Shown here piece by piece: positions 8,854-18,770 of a DNA stretch of 64,000 nucleotides. A model generated the notes under the pieces. It saw only the letters and a list, made by a program, of their open reading frames with translations. It was not told where the DNA came from and made no database searches. The position numbers and the translations under genes are program-made. Each line of letters starts with the position of its first letter. Position 1 is the stretch's first letter. This DNA is from Bdellovibrionales bacterium RIFOXYD12_FULL_39_22 (GTDB lineage Bacteria; Bdellovibrionota; Bacteriovoracia; Bacteriovoracales; Bacteriovoracaceae): positions 1 to 64,000 of the forward strand of contig MEQL01000002.1 in assembly GCA_001770205.1 (NCBI GenBank), written 5' to 3'.

Positions 8854-11800
8854 TCAAGTCAGTTCTGTTTTTGAATTTACTTCGAAATACCACTTCCAAA
8901 TTGCAAAAATGGCCGGGTATACCATAAGCTCCATGGCAAAAGAAGTTACAATTCCTCCGAGCATGGGAGCGGCAATACGTTTCATAACATCTGCTCCGGC
9001 ATTGGCAGTGCTGGCCCACATGATGGGCAGTAGTGCCATGATTAAACAAGACACCGTCATAATTTTTGGGCGTACTCGCTTTACCGCACCGAAAGAGATG
9101 GCCGCTTTTAAATTTTCAAAATTAATCATTCGGCCTTCTTTTTTAGCGGATTCGTAGGCAAGATCCAGATATAAGAGCATAAATATTCCAGTTTCTGCAT
9201 CTACTCCTAGCAGTGCAATGAGTCCGACCCATACTGCGATACTGAAATTATATCCTAGCAAGTAAAGAATCCAAATAGCACCTACTGCGGAGAAAGGAAC
9301 GGCCATAAGGATAATGGCCGTCTTAGGCCAAGATTTGGTATTGGCATAGAGAAGCATACAGATAACAAAAAGGGTGATAGGGATGATAAGTTGGAGTCGC
9401 TCCCATGCACGGGCCATATTTTCAAATTGGCCGCTCCATACTAGTGCTACTCCTGTTGGAAGTTTTATTTTTTGATTGATAACTTTTTTGGCCTCTGCCA
9501 CATAACTACCAATGTCGCGTTTGGCCACGTCAACGTAGACGTAGCTTCCCAGCATGCCATTTTCATTTCGTAGCATGGATGGCCCGGCCATCATTTCAAT
9601 ATCCGCTAGTTCACCAAGGGGAATTTGTGCGCCATTCGGAGACGCCACTAAAACTTTTTTTAGTGCTTCGATATCTGATCTAAAATCTCGCGAGTATCTT
9701 ACGCTGATGCTATAACGTTCGCGCCCCTCTATGGTTTTGGAGATAGGGTCTCCACCCACGGCCGTCATAAGTGTCTCTTGCGCTTGGCCAATTGTTATGC
9801 CAAAACGGGCCATCTTTTCGCGATTGAAGTGAAAATCTAGAAAGTATCCACCGGTGGCCCGCTCAGCAAAGACAGAGCGAGTGCCAGGAACTTGCGGAAG
9901 TAATTTTTCTATTTGTAGGCCAATTTTTTCAATTTGAGCAAGATTTCCTCCTAACACTTTGATTCCAACTGGGGTGCGAATTCCTGTGGTGAGCATATCG
10001 ATGCGATTGCGAATAGGCATTGTCCAGGCGTTGGTCGTGCCTGGAAATTTTGTTTTGGCATCCATCTCGGCAACTAGTTCTTCCCAACTCATAAAAGGTG
10101 GCCATATGAGGGTTAAAGGGTATTGTAAAAACTTAGGCCAGGAGGAGTACCAGCGCTTTTTTTCTCGCCACTCGTTCTGTGGCCTTAGAACAACGGTTGT
10201 TTCCATCATTGAAAAAGGGGCCGGATCGGTGGAGGTTTCTGCCCGGCCGGCCTTACCTAAAACGCGTTCCACTTCAGGAAATGATTTTAAAACACTGTCT
10301 TGTCTTTTTAGTAAATCATGAGCGGAGGCAATAGAGATACCAGGCATGGTGGTAGGCATGTAGAGTATGGTGCCTTCATTTAAAGGTGGCATAAATTCTT
10401 GGCCAATTTTAAAAAAAATAGGAACGGTTAGGATCATCGCTAGTAATGCTAAGAGCATCACTTTGAAGTGATGAACAACGCACCAATCAACAATGGGCCC
10501 ATAGAATTTAAAAAAGAATTTACTAATAGGATGTTCCTCTTCAGAATACATCTTTCCAACTAGTATCGTATTTCTTATGTTGGCCAACCAAGTCGGTCTA
10601 AAATGTTTTATAGAAAAATGTGCTAAGCTAACTCGCAGCGCTGGATCAAGAGTAATACTTAAAAAGGCGGCAACAAACATGGAAAGATTTTTTGTGTAGG
10701 CCAGTGGTTTAAACAGGCGGCCTTCTTGTGCTTCTAGGGCAAAGATCGGAACAAAAGATACTGCAATGACCAACAAAGAGTAGAAACTTGCCGGCCCCAC
10801 TTCCTTAATGGCATCAATTATAACTTTCTTTACATCACCAGGACTTCCTTTTTTTTCCCATTCCTCAAGGTGTTTGTGAGCATTTTCTACTACTACAATG
10901 GCCGCATCCACCATTGCGCCAACCGCAATAGCAATTCCTCCCAAACTCATGATATTGGAAGATATTCCTAAAAGTTTCATGGGAATAAAACTAATTAAAA
11001 CTGCCAGGGGGAGAGTAATAATGGGAATCATTGCGCTAGGAATGTGTAAAAGGAAAATTAAAATAACAAAACTAACAATGATCATTTCTAAAGTTAATTC
11101 ATGAGTTAGCGTAGTAATGGCGCGTTTGACTAAATCAGAGCGATCGTAGGTGGTGACAATTTCTACTCCAGGAGGAAGCGAGCGTTTTAAATCGGTCAGC
11201 TTCGCTTTTACAGCATCAATGGTGCGAGTGGCATTTTCCCCAAAGCGCATAACAATGATCCCGCTTACTACGTCTCCTTCACCATCTAGATCCGCAACTC
11301 CTCGTCTCATCTCTGGGCCAGTAGTTACCGTGGCAATCTGTCGCACATAAACGGGAGTGCCACTTTGATTTCCCACTATAATTTTTTCGATATCCGCTAG
11401 ATTTTTAACTTGGCCGCGGCCACGTATCATATACTCCGCACCAGCTATTTCGAGCAATCGGGCACCTACGTCGTTGTTTCCCTCCTTAACGGCACTGACG
11501 ACTTGTGATAAGGAGATGTTATATGCCAAAAGAGCATTGGGATTAATTTGAATTTGATATTGTTTCTGAAATCCGCCTAGTGCGGCCACTTCCGCTACTC
11601 CTGGCACTGTTTGCAGATGAAATTTTAAATACCAATCTTGCAAAGCTCGAAGCTCTGGCAAGGAGTGTTGGCCACTTTTATCTACTAGCGCATACTGATA
11701 TACCCAGCCAACACCAGTAGCATCGGGACCTAGTTGGGTGCGAACCTCAGAGGGTAAATCAGAAGTAATTTGCGATAAATATTCTAGCACACGTGATCTG

Positions 11801-12114
11801 GCCCAATAGATATCTGTGCCATCTTCAAAAATTACATAAATATAGGAGAGGCCAAAATCAGAAAAACCGCGAATGTCTTTTACTTTGGGAGCACCCAGCA
11901 AGGCACTTATTATAGGGTAGGTGACTTGGTCTTCAATAATATCAGGGCCGCGATCCCACTTGGAATAGATGATTACCTGAGTGTCGGAAAGGTCAGGGAT
12001 AGCATCCACGGGGATTTGCTGAAGAGCATACCATCCACCCATGGCCGCCACCGCGACCAACATAATGACCATAAAGCGATTGCGTGCACTGAGTTCAATA
12101 ATTTTTTCGATCAT
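8854..12114 (-). CDS. cusA: CusA/SilA family heavy-metal RND efflux permease
   Basis: DAIPDLSDTQV, GAMVDAAIVVVEN, EFMPPLNEG, RVRPKIMT; 1086 aa. Confidence 0.93.
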   Translation of the reverse strand: MIEKIIELSARNRFMVIMLVAVAAMGGWYALQQIPVDAIPDLSDTQVIIYSKWDRGPDIIEDQVTYPIISALLGAPKVKDIRGFSDFGLSYIYVIFEDGTDIYWARSRVLEYLSQITSDLPSEVRTQLGPDATGVGWVYQYALVDKSGQHSLPELRALQDWYLKFHLQTVPGVAEVAALGGFQKQYQIQINPNALLAYNISLSQVVSAVKEGNNDVGARLLEIAGAEYMIRGRGQVKNLADIEKIIVGNQSGTPVYVRQIATVTTGPEMRRGVADLDGEGDVVSGIIVMRFGENATRTIDAVKAKLTDLKRSLPPGVEIVTTYDRSDLVKRAITTLTHELTLEMIIVSFVILIFLLHIPSAMIPIITLPLAVLISFIPMKLLGISSNIMSLGGIAIAVGAMVDAAIVVVENAHKHLEEWEKKGSPGDVKKVIIDAIKEVGPASFYSLLVIAVSFVPIFALEAQEGRLFKPLAYTKNLSMFVAAFLSITLDPALRVSLAHFSIKHFRPTWLANIRNTILVGKMYSEEEHPISKFFFKFYGPIVDWCVVHHFKVMLLALLAMILTVPIFFKIGQEFMPPLNEGTILYMPTTMPGISIASAHDLLKRQDSVLKSFPEVERVLGKAGRAETSTDPAPFSMMETTVVLRPQNEWREKKRWYSSWPKFLQYPLTLIWPPFMSWEELVAEMDAKTKFPGTTNAWTMPIRNRIDMLTTGIRTPVGIKVLGGNLAQIEKIGLQIEKLLPQVPGTRSVFAERATGGYFLDFHFNREKMARFGITIGQAQETLMTAVGGDPISKTIEGRERYSISVRYSRDFRSDIEALKKVLVASPNGAQIPLGELADIEMMAGPSMLRNENGMLGSYVYVDVAKRDIGSYVAEAKKVINQKIKLPTGVALVWSGQFENMARAWERLQLIIPITLFVICMLLYANTKSWPKTAIILMAVPFSAVGAIWILYLLGYNFSIAVWVGLIALLGVDAETGIFMLLYLDLAYESAKKEGRMINFENLKAAISFGAVKRVRPKIMTVSCLIMALLPIMWASTANAGADVMKRIAAPMLGGIVTSFAMELMVYPAIFAIWKWYFEVNSKTELT

Positions 12115-13181
12115 TCCTGTTGTACTCCTTTTAGCCTCGATTCTGAATCGATGAGAAAATTAGCACTTGCCACAATCAATTCACCTTCACTAACGCCGCT
12201 GGCAATTGCTACTTCTGCTCCTGCGCGAAATTTTATCTCTAAAAGTCGCGGAGTATAATTACCTTTGCCGTCAGCAATGAAGGCCCATGCTTGATTTCCT
12301 GTATCCATAATGGCATCAAAGGGAATTGTAATTTGCTCACCAAGAGGTGCAGAGATGGCCACTTCCACAAAAGACTCTGGCCGCAAAATACCGCGGGCCT
12401 TAGAGATAAGAATGCGTGCTTTGGCAGTTCTCGTGGCCGGGTTAATTACTCGATCAACAGAAATAACTTTTCCGTAAAGCATTGTTCCTCTTAAAAAAGG
12501 CGCATTAATTTCGGCGGAGAGGCCCTCATGAACATGAGGAAGATCCATTTCATAAATGTCAGCGTATACCCACGCCTCTTGGCCTTTATTGGACAAAAGC
12601 AAGGAGGAGTCACTAATGGCATCTATTTTTTCTAGTTCGGCAATTTGCTTGTCTGCGAGGCCTAAAATTTTCAAGCGCATTTTGGCGGCCTCCAACATTC
12701 GCTGGGCAGATTGTTGCACCTCCAGAAGCGTCGAATTTTTTACACCTTCAACTTGTTTGAACGCTTCTATATATTCTCCTTGCGCAGAGTAAAGATCAGG
12801 ATCAAATGCTAATCTTCCGGCGGCAGTGATTTTTAAAAAAAGCGATTTTTTTAAAACAGTGTCTAATTTTACTCCGATCATTTGACTGCGTGCCGCGGAA
12901 AGAAAAAAAGGAGCATGTCCCTCTGGAAGAGAACTATTATGCAAATGATTCTCCTCATCTTCCTTAGAGGCCTTTTCCATTTTAACTAGATTCATTCCGC
13001 AAATGGGACATTGGCCAGGAGCGTCTTTTTTTATTTGTGGATGCATCGGACAGGTATAGACAACTTCTTGTGGTGTATTTTTAATTTCTCCCGCATCTTT
13101 TGTGTGTTTATTTTGACAAGAGATTGTTGCTAGTAGGCCACTAAAAAGGCAGCAGATAACAATTAGTTTTTTCATGATCAC
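12111..13181 (-). CDS. cusB: CusB-like periplasmic adaptor with heavy-metal binding domain
   Basis: YTCPMHP..PGQCPICGMNL; membrane-fusion-protein C-terminus ANFLIDSESRL; overlaps cusA. Confidence 0.85.
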   Translation of the reverse strand: MIMKKLIVICCLFSGLLATISCQNKHTKDAGEIKNTPQEVVYTCPMHPQIKKDAPGQCPICGMNLVKMEKASKEDEENHLHNSSLPEGHAPFFLSAARSQMIGVKLDTVLKKSLFLKITAAGRLAFDPDLYSAQGEYIEAFKQVEGVKNSTLLEVQQSAQRMLEAAKMRLKILGLADKQIAELEKIDAISDSSLLLSNKGQEAWVYADIYEMDLPHVHEGLSAEINAPFLRGTMLYGKVISVDRVINPATRTAKARILISKARGILRPESFVEVAISAPLGEQITIPFDAIMDTGNQAWAFIADGKGNYTPRLLEIKFRAGAEVAIASGVSEGELIVASANFLIDSESRLKGVQQE

Positions 13182-14470
13182 TTCTCCACAGTAGGCAGCG
13201 TACTCAGAGAGACACTGGCCAATTGTTCAAGTTCGCTGATGTTTTCAACATATTGAGCTAAAGAACGAAAATAGACAATCTTCGTTTCATATAACATCTC
13301 TTCACTATCTAGTAGTTCTAGAAAAGAACTCTTGCCGGCGCGATATGCGGATCGTGTAGAGTTTTGGGTATTGGACACTAGCGGTAGCATGGAAGTTTGG
13401 TAGATTTGCAATAGTTGAGAATTGGCCTTAATTTTGGACCACAACAGTTGTGCTTCTGCCTGTGTTTCTCTTATAACCATTTCATGCTGTTTTTTAGATT
13501 CTTCTGTGAGGTAAAAGGCGGCATTAGCTTCGCTATTTTGTTTCATAAAAAACCAAAAAGGAATGCTCAGCGCAATAGAAAAGCGATAATCGTCTTGCAA
13601 AGAATTGTTGTAGGGGCGAGTAAGTGATAACATAAAATCAGGAGCGTAATTCCAGTCCGCTAGTTTGTTTTGTGTTTGCATTTCATTTAGTACTGCCTGA
13701 GAGGAGGTAATTTTTTTAGAGCTGCTTTGCAAATCATTTATTATTTTTTCTGCGTTAGGATTAATTTGTGGGATAGGTAAATCTGTTGAAGATATATTAA
13801 TTTTTAAGTTAACATCTTCGGCCAACAGCGCATTAAGCATCGCGGACATTCCTTCCTTCTCTTGTTGCACCATTATGATGTCACTTTCTACTTTTATCTG
13901 CTTAAAATGAATTTGCATCTGCCCTTGTTGTGAGGCCTGGGCGTCGGTGGAATAGTGTAGCTCAGCAATTTTTGACATTTTTTTTAAAGTTTCTTTTTGT
14001 GTTTCAAGCAGTAAAATAATTTGACTGGCGACATAGATGCCATAGTAGTTAGAGATAACTTTTTTTCTTATTTCATATTTTTTTTCTTCAACATTTTGCT
14101 GAGCACCGTGTGCCCGAAGATGTTGGGCCTTGCCGGCAAAAAAATATTTTACAGGAAATTTAATTTCCTGAGAGAATGACCAAAAGTTGGTAGTGGAGTT
14201 CATCTCTTTTTCTTGCATCCACTCCAATCGTGGATTTTCAAGAGAGTATTGAGAAGGGATGGCCGCTTTCTCTGCGCTAGCACGGGCCTTGGCCGAGGCA
14301 ACGTCGGGATTGGAGGCGAAGGCCTTGGCCAGTGCATTTTCTAAAGTCAAAACCTCAAAGGATAAGGCCGGTGGAGAATAAAAGATGAAGTAATGGGTAA
14401 GAAGAATTTTTAAAGTAAGTAAAGTAAGTAGTGATCGTGATGCTTTTAAGATTTTCAAGCTAATCCTCAT
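13178..14470 (-). CDS. TolC family outer-membrane efflux protein (CusC/CzcC-like)
   Basis: Coiled-coil outer-membrane efflux repeats, YRAGKSSFLELLD motif; first gene of the RND operon. Confidence 0.85.
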   Translation of the reverse strand: MRISLKILKASRSLLTLLTLKILLTHYFIFYSPPALSFEVLTLENALAKAFASNPDVASAKARASAEKAAIPSQYSLENPRLEWMQEKEMNSTTNFWSFSQEIKFPVKYFFAGKAQHLRAHGAQQNVEEKKYEIRKKVISNYYGIYVASQIILLLETQKETLKKMSKIAELHYSTDAQASQQGQMQIHFKQIKVESDIIMVQQEKEGMSAMLNALLAEDVNLKINISSTDLPIPQINPNAEKIINDLQSSSKKITSSQAVLNEMQTQNKLADWNYAPDFMLSLTRPYNNSLQDDYRFSIALSIPFWFFMKQNSEANAAFYLTEESKKQHEMVIRETQAEAQLLWSKIKANSQLLQIYQTSMLPLVSNTQNSTRSAYRAGKSSFLELLDSEEMLYETKIVYFRSLAQYVENISELEQLASVSLSTLPTVEK

Positions 14471-14635
14471 TCCCTAGAAAATATGCCATTTAGTTCTCGC
14501 TAAGTATTTCTTCATATTACCATAGCGGGTGGGATTTGGCTGTTAAAAAAAAGTACTGTAGAGAAACGCTACTGTATGTAATTTAACGGAGAAAATAGAT
14601 CATCCTTGTGTTAATTCCGTAGATCACTTTTGTAA

Positions 14636-14661
14636 TCAAGAATTTCGGCCTCTGACCGAAA
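14636..14661 (+). promoter_or_regulatory. sigma28/FliA-like promoter
   Basis: TCAAG-N15-CCGAAA, 35 bp upstream of the ATG at 14697. Confidence 0.55.
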
Positions 14662-14696
14662 AGATTTTGTGGAATTGTCCAGATAATGAGGTAGCA

Positions 14697-15200
14697 ATGT
14701 CAAAATTAATAATACTCATAAATATATTCATTTTTTCGCTTATGGCAGATGAGATTACGTTATCAGCGAATGTCCAACTTTCCATCCCCAAAGAGATAAA
14801 GGCCAAGTATATCTACCTGCCATCCCACGGGGCCTACCGTTTTGATGGGCAATTTTCTGACACAAACTATCACGCTTGGGTGCAACGAAAAATTCCAGAT
14901 ACCATTGCTAATCCAGTTTCGGTAAAAAGAATCTGGAAAGAGAACTTGGCGGCACTTTCTGATCAAGGAGAGAAGATAATAGATCTTGGCTGTAAAGAGG
15001 AACAAACGTATCTTTTTAATTGCAGCACAACAACTATTGCAAATGGAGAATATAATGCCTCAATTCTTTTTTGGAATGGGAAATCTGATCTGGTTGTAGT
15101 TCGAATTTCAACTTTTATTTCCATGGAGCTCGCAACAACCATTCTTAAAAAGTTTAAATTCAATTTCAATAATAGATCTCCGGCCGGAGACATACAATGA
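14697..15200 (+). CDS. Secreted hypothetical protein
   Basis: ATG 14697 with GAGG RBS, signal-like N-terminus, Cys pair; ATGA overlap with the next gene. Confidence 0.65.
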   Translation: MSKLIILINIFIFSLMADEITLSANVQLSIPKEIKAKYIYLPSHGAYRFDGQFSDTNYHAWVQRKIPDTIANPVSVKRIWKENLAALSDQGEKIIDLGCKEEQTYLFNCSTTTIANGEYNASILFWNGKSDLVVVRISTFISMELATTILKKFKFNFNNRSPAGDIQ

Positions 15201-17479
15201 AACGTTACTTACTCTTAGTAATCCTTTCAACATTTATTATTGTTGCTACTAATGCTTCGAGTTACTCTCCAGCGGAAGATTTAAATGCCGCCTTCGGTGC
15301 TGGATGTTCCACCAATGGTGCCTTCTCATCTACTATAGATGCAAACGCAGCGGCGATCAAAGGAATGCTAGATTCAATGAGAAACGATGATGCATGCAAA
15401 GGCCTGACACCACTATTTGATAGCGTTACATCAGATATTAAAAGTAGCCTAGATAATCGAGATAGCGACCAATCAAATGAAGAGAGTCTATCTGCTTACA
15501 TTAATGATCTTAATGCGGCAGTAGCGGTCGAAGAATTAAAAGGATCATTAGCTGATGCTGATTACATAACTGCTCTCAAGGCCGAACTTCAGACAAAAAA
15601 AATAGAATTGTTACAAGTAAAAAGGGTGCAAGAGTACTCTGCTAAAACGGGCTCACACCAGCAAATCAAACACTTATATACCGCCACCAGCGTACTTATG
15701 GATGGACTGATTAGTAACAAAGTTTGTGCAGATAAATATCCAAATATTTTGGCCCAAATTGGAGCGCAAATTTTAAAAATATCCTCCGACTACACCACTG
15801 GATTAACCGGGTCTCCTCTAATGGCGGCAGGAACTATCGTCGACAAACTTGTAACCTTTGTTCGCGATTTTAAACTTGCTAGTTCGATGAATGATATCGA
15901 ACAAGAAAATCTAGGACGGGCCATCGGCTGTGCTTTTGAAAGTATTTCTAAAACATACTGTCAGGCGCGTGATGTAGATTTAGTAGCAAAAAAACAGGCG
16001 GCAATCAAAGATTCTGTACCATCCTGTGGGTGGGAAGGCGTCGATTTAATCGGCAGAGATATGTCTATTTTTCTAGATTGGGTTTCTCGCCTATATGCTG
16101 GATCTGAGCCCAGCAGCACCTCCCAGGCCTATGAGCAAATCACGGGATCTGCCAGACGATATCAGCTCGATACACTAGATAAACGGTTACAAGGAGCTTT
16201 TGCGGACACCGAAAAAAAATTAAATCAGACGACGGATTCAATAAAAAAACAACAGATCCTAATAGCTCTTTTAACTACCGACGTGGTTCCAGAGATTAAG
16301 TCAAACTCAAACAGTCGAATTGAATCAGATAGCTCAGTATCAGAGTCTGATGGCCCGATTGAAGATGCTTTTGCTGAAGATCAACGTTGTGGCGCCTTAG
16401 CATATTTTTATACATCTGGTAATAAACGGAAGTGCGCTATTCAAAATAGTGAGGAATGCATGGCCTGTGTACAAAGGGAGAATCCTGGTATTTCGCTTGA
16501 TTTAAATAATATTTCCGCCACCTGGAAAATCCTCAGAGCGGAAGCTGCAGAAAATGTTAGCAATATCGAGTCACGAGTAAAAGAACAAAACCCAGCACTT
16601 GTCATGGCACTAGCAGATGATCTCTCCAATAATCAACGACGTCCTCGCAACTTTTTAGAGAATGCAAGGTCATACTTGCAAAATATTTTATCCGATCAAA
16701 ATGGAATTGCGCAAGGGGCCGCAAAAAAAACCATAGAGTTGGCATTAAGTCGCGTTAAATGCGCCCTGGAGCTTTATAATGAATATTCTTCCGAAAATTC
16801 CGAAAAGAGTTTTCCTTCCGCTGTGCCATCTGCGTGCCAGAAAGTTAATAACGCCCTTCCAAATAAAGATGCGCAATACTATGTTACAAATCTATCGGAA
16901 TTATTAGCACCATCCGGTGACACTAACTCACTTACAAAAGAAATCAAGGTAATTGTAAAAAAAGACATCGATAAAAAAATCGAAAGTGGACAGATTGATG
17001 AGTCTCTTGCCGCGATTATGAAGTTATCCACTACTGATAGTTTAAGTGAATTTTTAAAAGATTATAATCAAAATTTTGATATGCTAGAAAGTCACATTAG
17101 TAGCGTTAAAAGTGCAAGCCGACGCCAACTAAAAGTCATCTGGGATGTGTTCGGAGATAGTTTTATTGAAAGACTGAAGGGCCTGCGAGCGGATGCTGCA
17201 AATAGCTCTGATGAGCAAAAAGTTTTAAATAAGGAGTGTGCACGACTGCTTGTCCTGCCGTTTGGATCAACTTTTCGTGGCGAAGAATTTGAAATGCCAA
17301 GCGAGGTTACCAAATACTGTAAAGGTTGTGTGTATGAAAGTAGTTATGCAAACTCTGGCCTTTCCATTAATTTTGATACTCTTTCAAAACATTCTTTCGA
17401 AGAGAGAGCATGTGTGCTGTACGATTTTTTTAGAAAATCTGAACTGTATGTCAGAAAAAAACCATACGAATTGAGATAA
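15197..17479 (+). CDS. Large secreted Cys-rich, largely helical hypothetical protein
   Basis: 760 aa ORF, signal peptide, many spaced Cys, coiled-coil-like segments. Confidence 0.75.
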   Translation: MKRYLLLVILSTFIIVATNASSYSPAEDLNAAFGAGCSTNGAFSSTIDANAAAIKGMLDSMRNDDACKGLTPLFDSVTSDIKSSLDNRDSDQSNEESLSAYINDLNAAVAVEELKGSLADADYITALKAELQTKKIELLQVKRVQEYSAKTGSHQQIKHLYTATSVLMDGLISNKVCADKYPNILAQIGAQILKISSDYTTGLTGSPLMAAGTIVDKLVTFVRDFKLASSMNDIEQENLGRAIGCAFESISKTYCQARDVDLVAKKQAAIKDSVPSCGWEGVDLIGRDMSIFLDWVSRLYAGSEPSSTSQAYEQITGSARRYQLDTLDKRLQGAFADTEKKLNQTTDSIKKQQILIALLTTDVVPEIKSNSNSRIESDSSVSESDGPIEDAFAEDQRCGALAYFYTSGNKRKCAIQNSEECMACVQRENPGISLDLNNISATWKILRAEAAENVSNIESRVKEQNPALVMALADDLSNNQRRPRNFLENARSYLQNILSDQNGIAQGAAKKTIELALSRVKCALELYNEYSSENSEKSFPSAVPSACQKVNNALPNKDAQYYVTNLSELLAPSGDTNSLTKEIKVIVKKDIDKKIESGQIDESLAAIMKLSTTDSLSEFLKDYNQNFDMLESHISSVKSASRRQLKVIWDVFGDSFIERLKGLRADAANSSDEQKVLNKECARLLVLPFGSTFRGEEFEMPSEVTKYCKGCVYESSYANSGLSINFDTLSKHSFEERACVLYDFFRKSELYVRKKPYELR

Positions 17480-17485
17480 GTAAAA

Positions 17486-17511
17486 TCAAGTTTTTATAAA
17501 AAACTCCGATA
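17486..17511 (+). promoter_or_regulatory. sigma28/FliA-like promoter
   Basis: TCAAG-N15-CCGATA immediately upstream of the ATG at 17520. Confidence 0.6.
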
Positions 17512-17519
17512 GAGAGATT

Positions 17520-18353
17520 ATGGGATTAGTTATCTTATTCACTACATTAATAATTACTTTTTCAAGCTGTGTGGAAAATGCAGAAGAATTAGAAAAAGCA
17601 GTTGGCAAAGATGAGAAAGAAAAATTAGAAGAAATTGGTGAGGAAGCGGGAGTTGCGGAAAAAGAAATTCCTACAGGAGAGAGGATTACTCGTGCGTTAA
17701 GTAAGCTGCTCTCAGGGCCTGTCAAAGAAGATAGTGACGATTGTTGTGAAGAGAAAGAAGGTAATGCAGAGGTTCGTTCGACCACTAAACCTGTCATCGC
17801 AGAGACAGAGAAGGACACGACAATATTTTCTCAAGAAATTCAAAACTACACAGGAAGCGAAGAAGTAAAAAAGATGATTGAAACTTTGCGTGGTAATCTA
17901 GATAAGTGTATTGCAATAGAAGACAAAGACAACCAGGCAGTGTGCAAAAAGGATCGGCCATTTGATCGAAAGCCGCAGGATTTACCCTCTACTGTATGCT
18001 ACCACTACGTAAAGCGTGGGATTGAGGGAGGAGGATTTGTTAAAAATTTTCCTTTTGGGAAAGATAAGCAAAATAGACGGGCACAATTTTCCGGGCCACT
18101 TTTGCAAAAGGCAGGATTTACAAATATCTTAAAGGAAGAGAAGTATAAAACGCTTACGGCATATACTGCGCCGATTGGTGCTATTTTAGTTTACGAGGGG
18201 GGCGCTTCTGGCCATATAGAGGTCAAGGCAGGAGAGAATGAATTTTTAAGTGACTTTGTAGGAACCGAACCAGTTAATGATCAATTAAACTTAGACAGAA
18301 AATTGATCGGGGTATATGTAAAAAAAATGCCAGAGGTAAGGCAACAAATATGA
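17520..18353 (+). CDS. Lipoprotein with C-terminal papain-like (CHAP/Tae-type) peptidoglycan amidase domain
   Basis: Lipobox FSSC; CYHYVK (Cys), GF, PIGAILVY, GHIEV (His), SDF motifs. Confidence 0.65.
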   Translation: MGLVILFTTLIITFSSCVENAEELEKAVGKDEKEKLEEIGEEAGVAEKEIPTGERITRALSKLLSGPVKEDSDDCCEEKEGNAEVRSTTKPVIAETEKDTTIFSQEIQNYTGSEEVKKMIETLRGNLDKCIAIEDKDNQAVCKKDRPFDRKPQDLPSTVCYHYVKRGIEGGGFVKNFPFGKDKQNRRAQFSGPLLQKAGFTNILKEEKYKTLTAYTAPIGAILVYEGGASGHIEVKAGENEFLSDFVGTEPVNDQLNLDRKLIGVYVKKMPEVRQQI

Positions 18354-18745
18354 GATCGTTGATTGTTTTTTTTATACTATTTTCTTCACTAATCAGCGCA
18401 TCTTCTAATGTAAGCGTGGAGGCGGATTTTATTGTCCAATTTAATAAGATAGAGCGTCCCACGGATAATCAACAACGGCAGTTATACAATGATTTAGGAA
18501 AAAGCGTAGGATTACTTGAAAAAAAATTTTCACGGCCACTCTTAGTGGCAATTATTAACGTATATTCGAAACTTTTTGTGGTTAATCTTGCTCATTTTCA
18601 TTTAGAACCATTTGTACCTTATTATCTAAAAAATAAAGCTGTAGTGGACGAAGTACTTAAGGCCACGCTTCCCAGGGCCTCGCAAGATGAATTCTATTTT
18701 CGTCTCCAGTTGGCAATTGGGGAACACTTACGCGGCAATGGCTGA
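18350..18745 (+). CDS. Small exported protein, candidate immunity partner
   Basis: 131 aa, Sec signal peptide, ATGA overlap with the amidase gene. Confidence 0.55.
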   Translation: MRSLIVFFILFSSLISASSNVSVEADFIVQFNKIERPTDNQQRQLYNDLGKSVGLLEKKFSRPLLVAIINVYSKLFVVNLAHFHLEPFVPYYLKNKAVVDEVLKATLPRASQDEFYFRLQLAIGEHLRGNG

Positions 18746-18770
18746 AAAAAAATACCACTTGCTTTCTTGT

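Noticed and set aside
8854..14470. CusCBA-type operon as a novelty
   Set aside because: This is a well-known heavy-metal efflux system; the lack of an adjacent cusF or regulator is not unusual.
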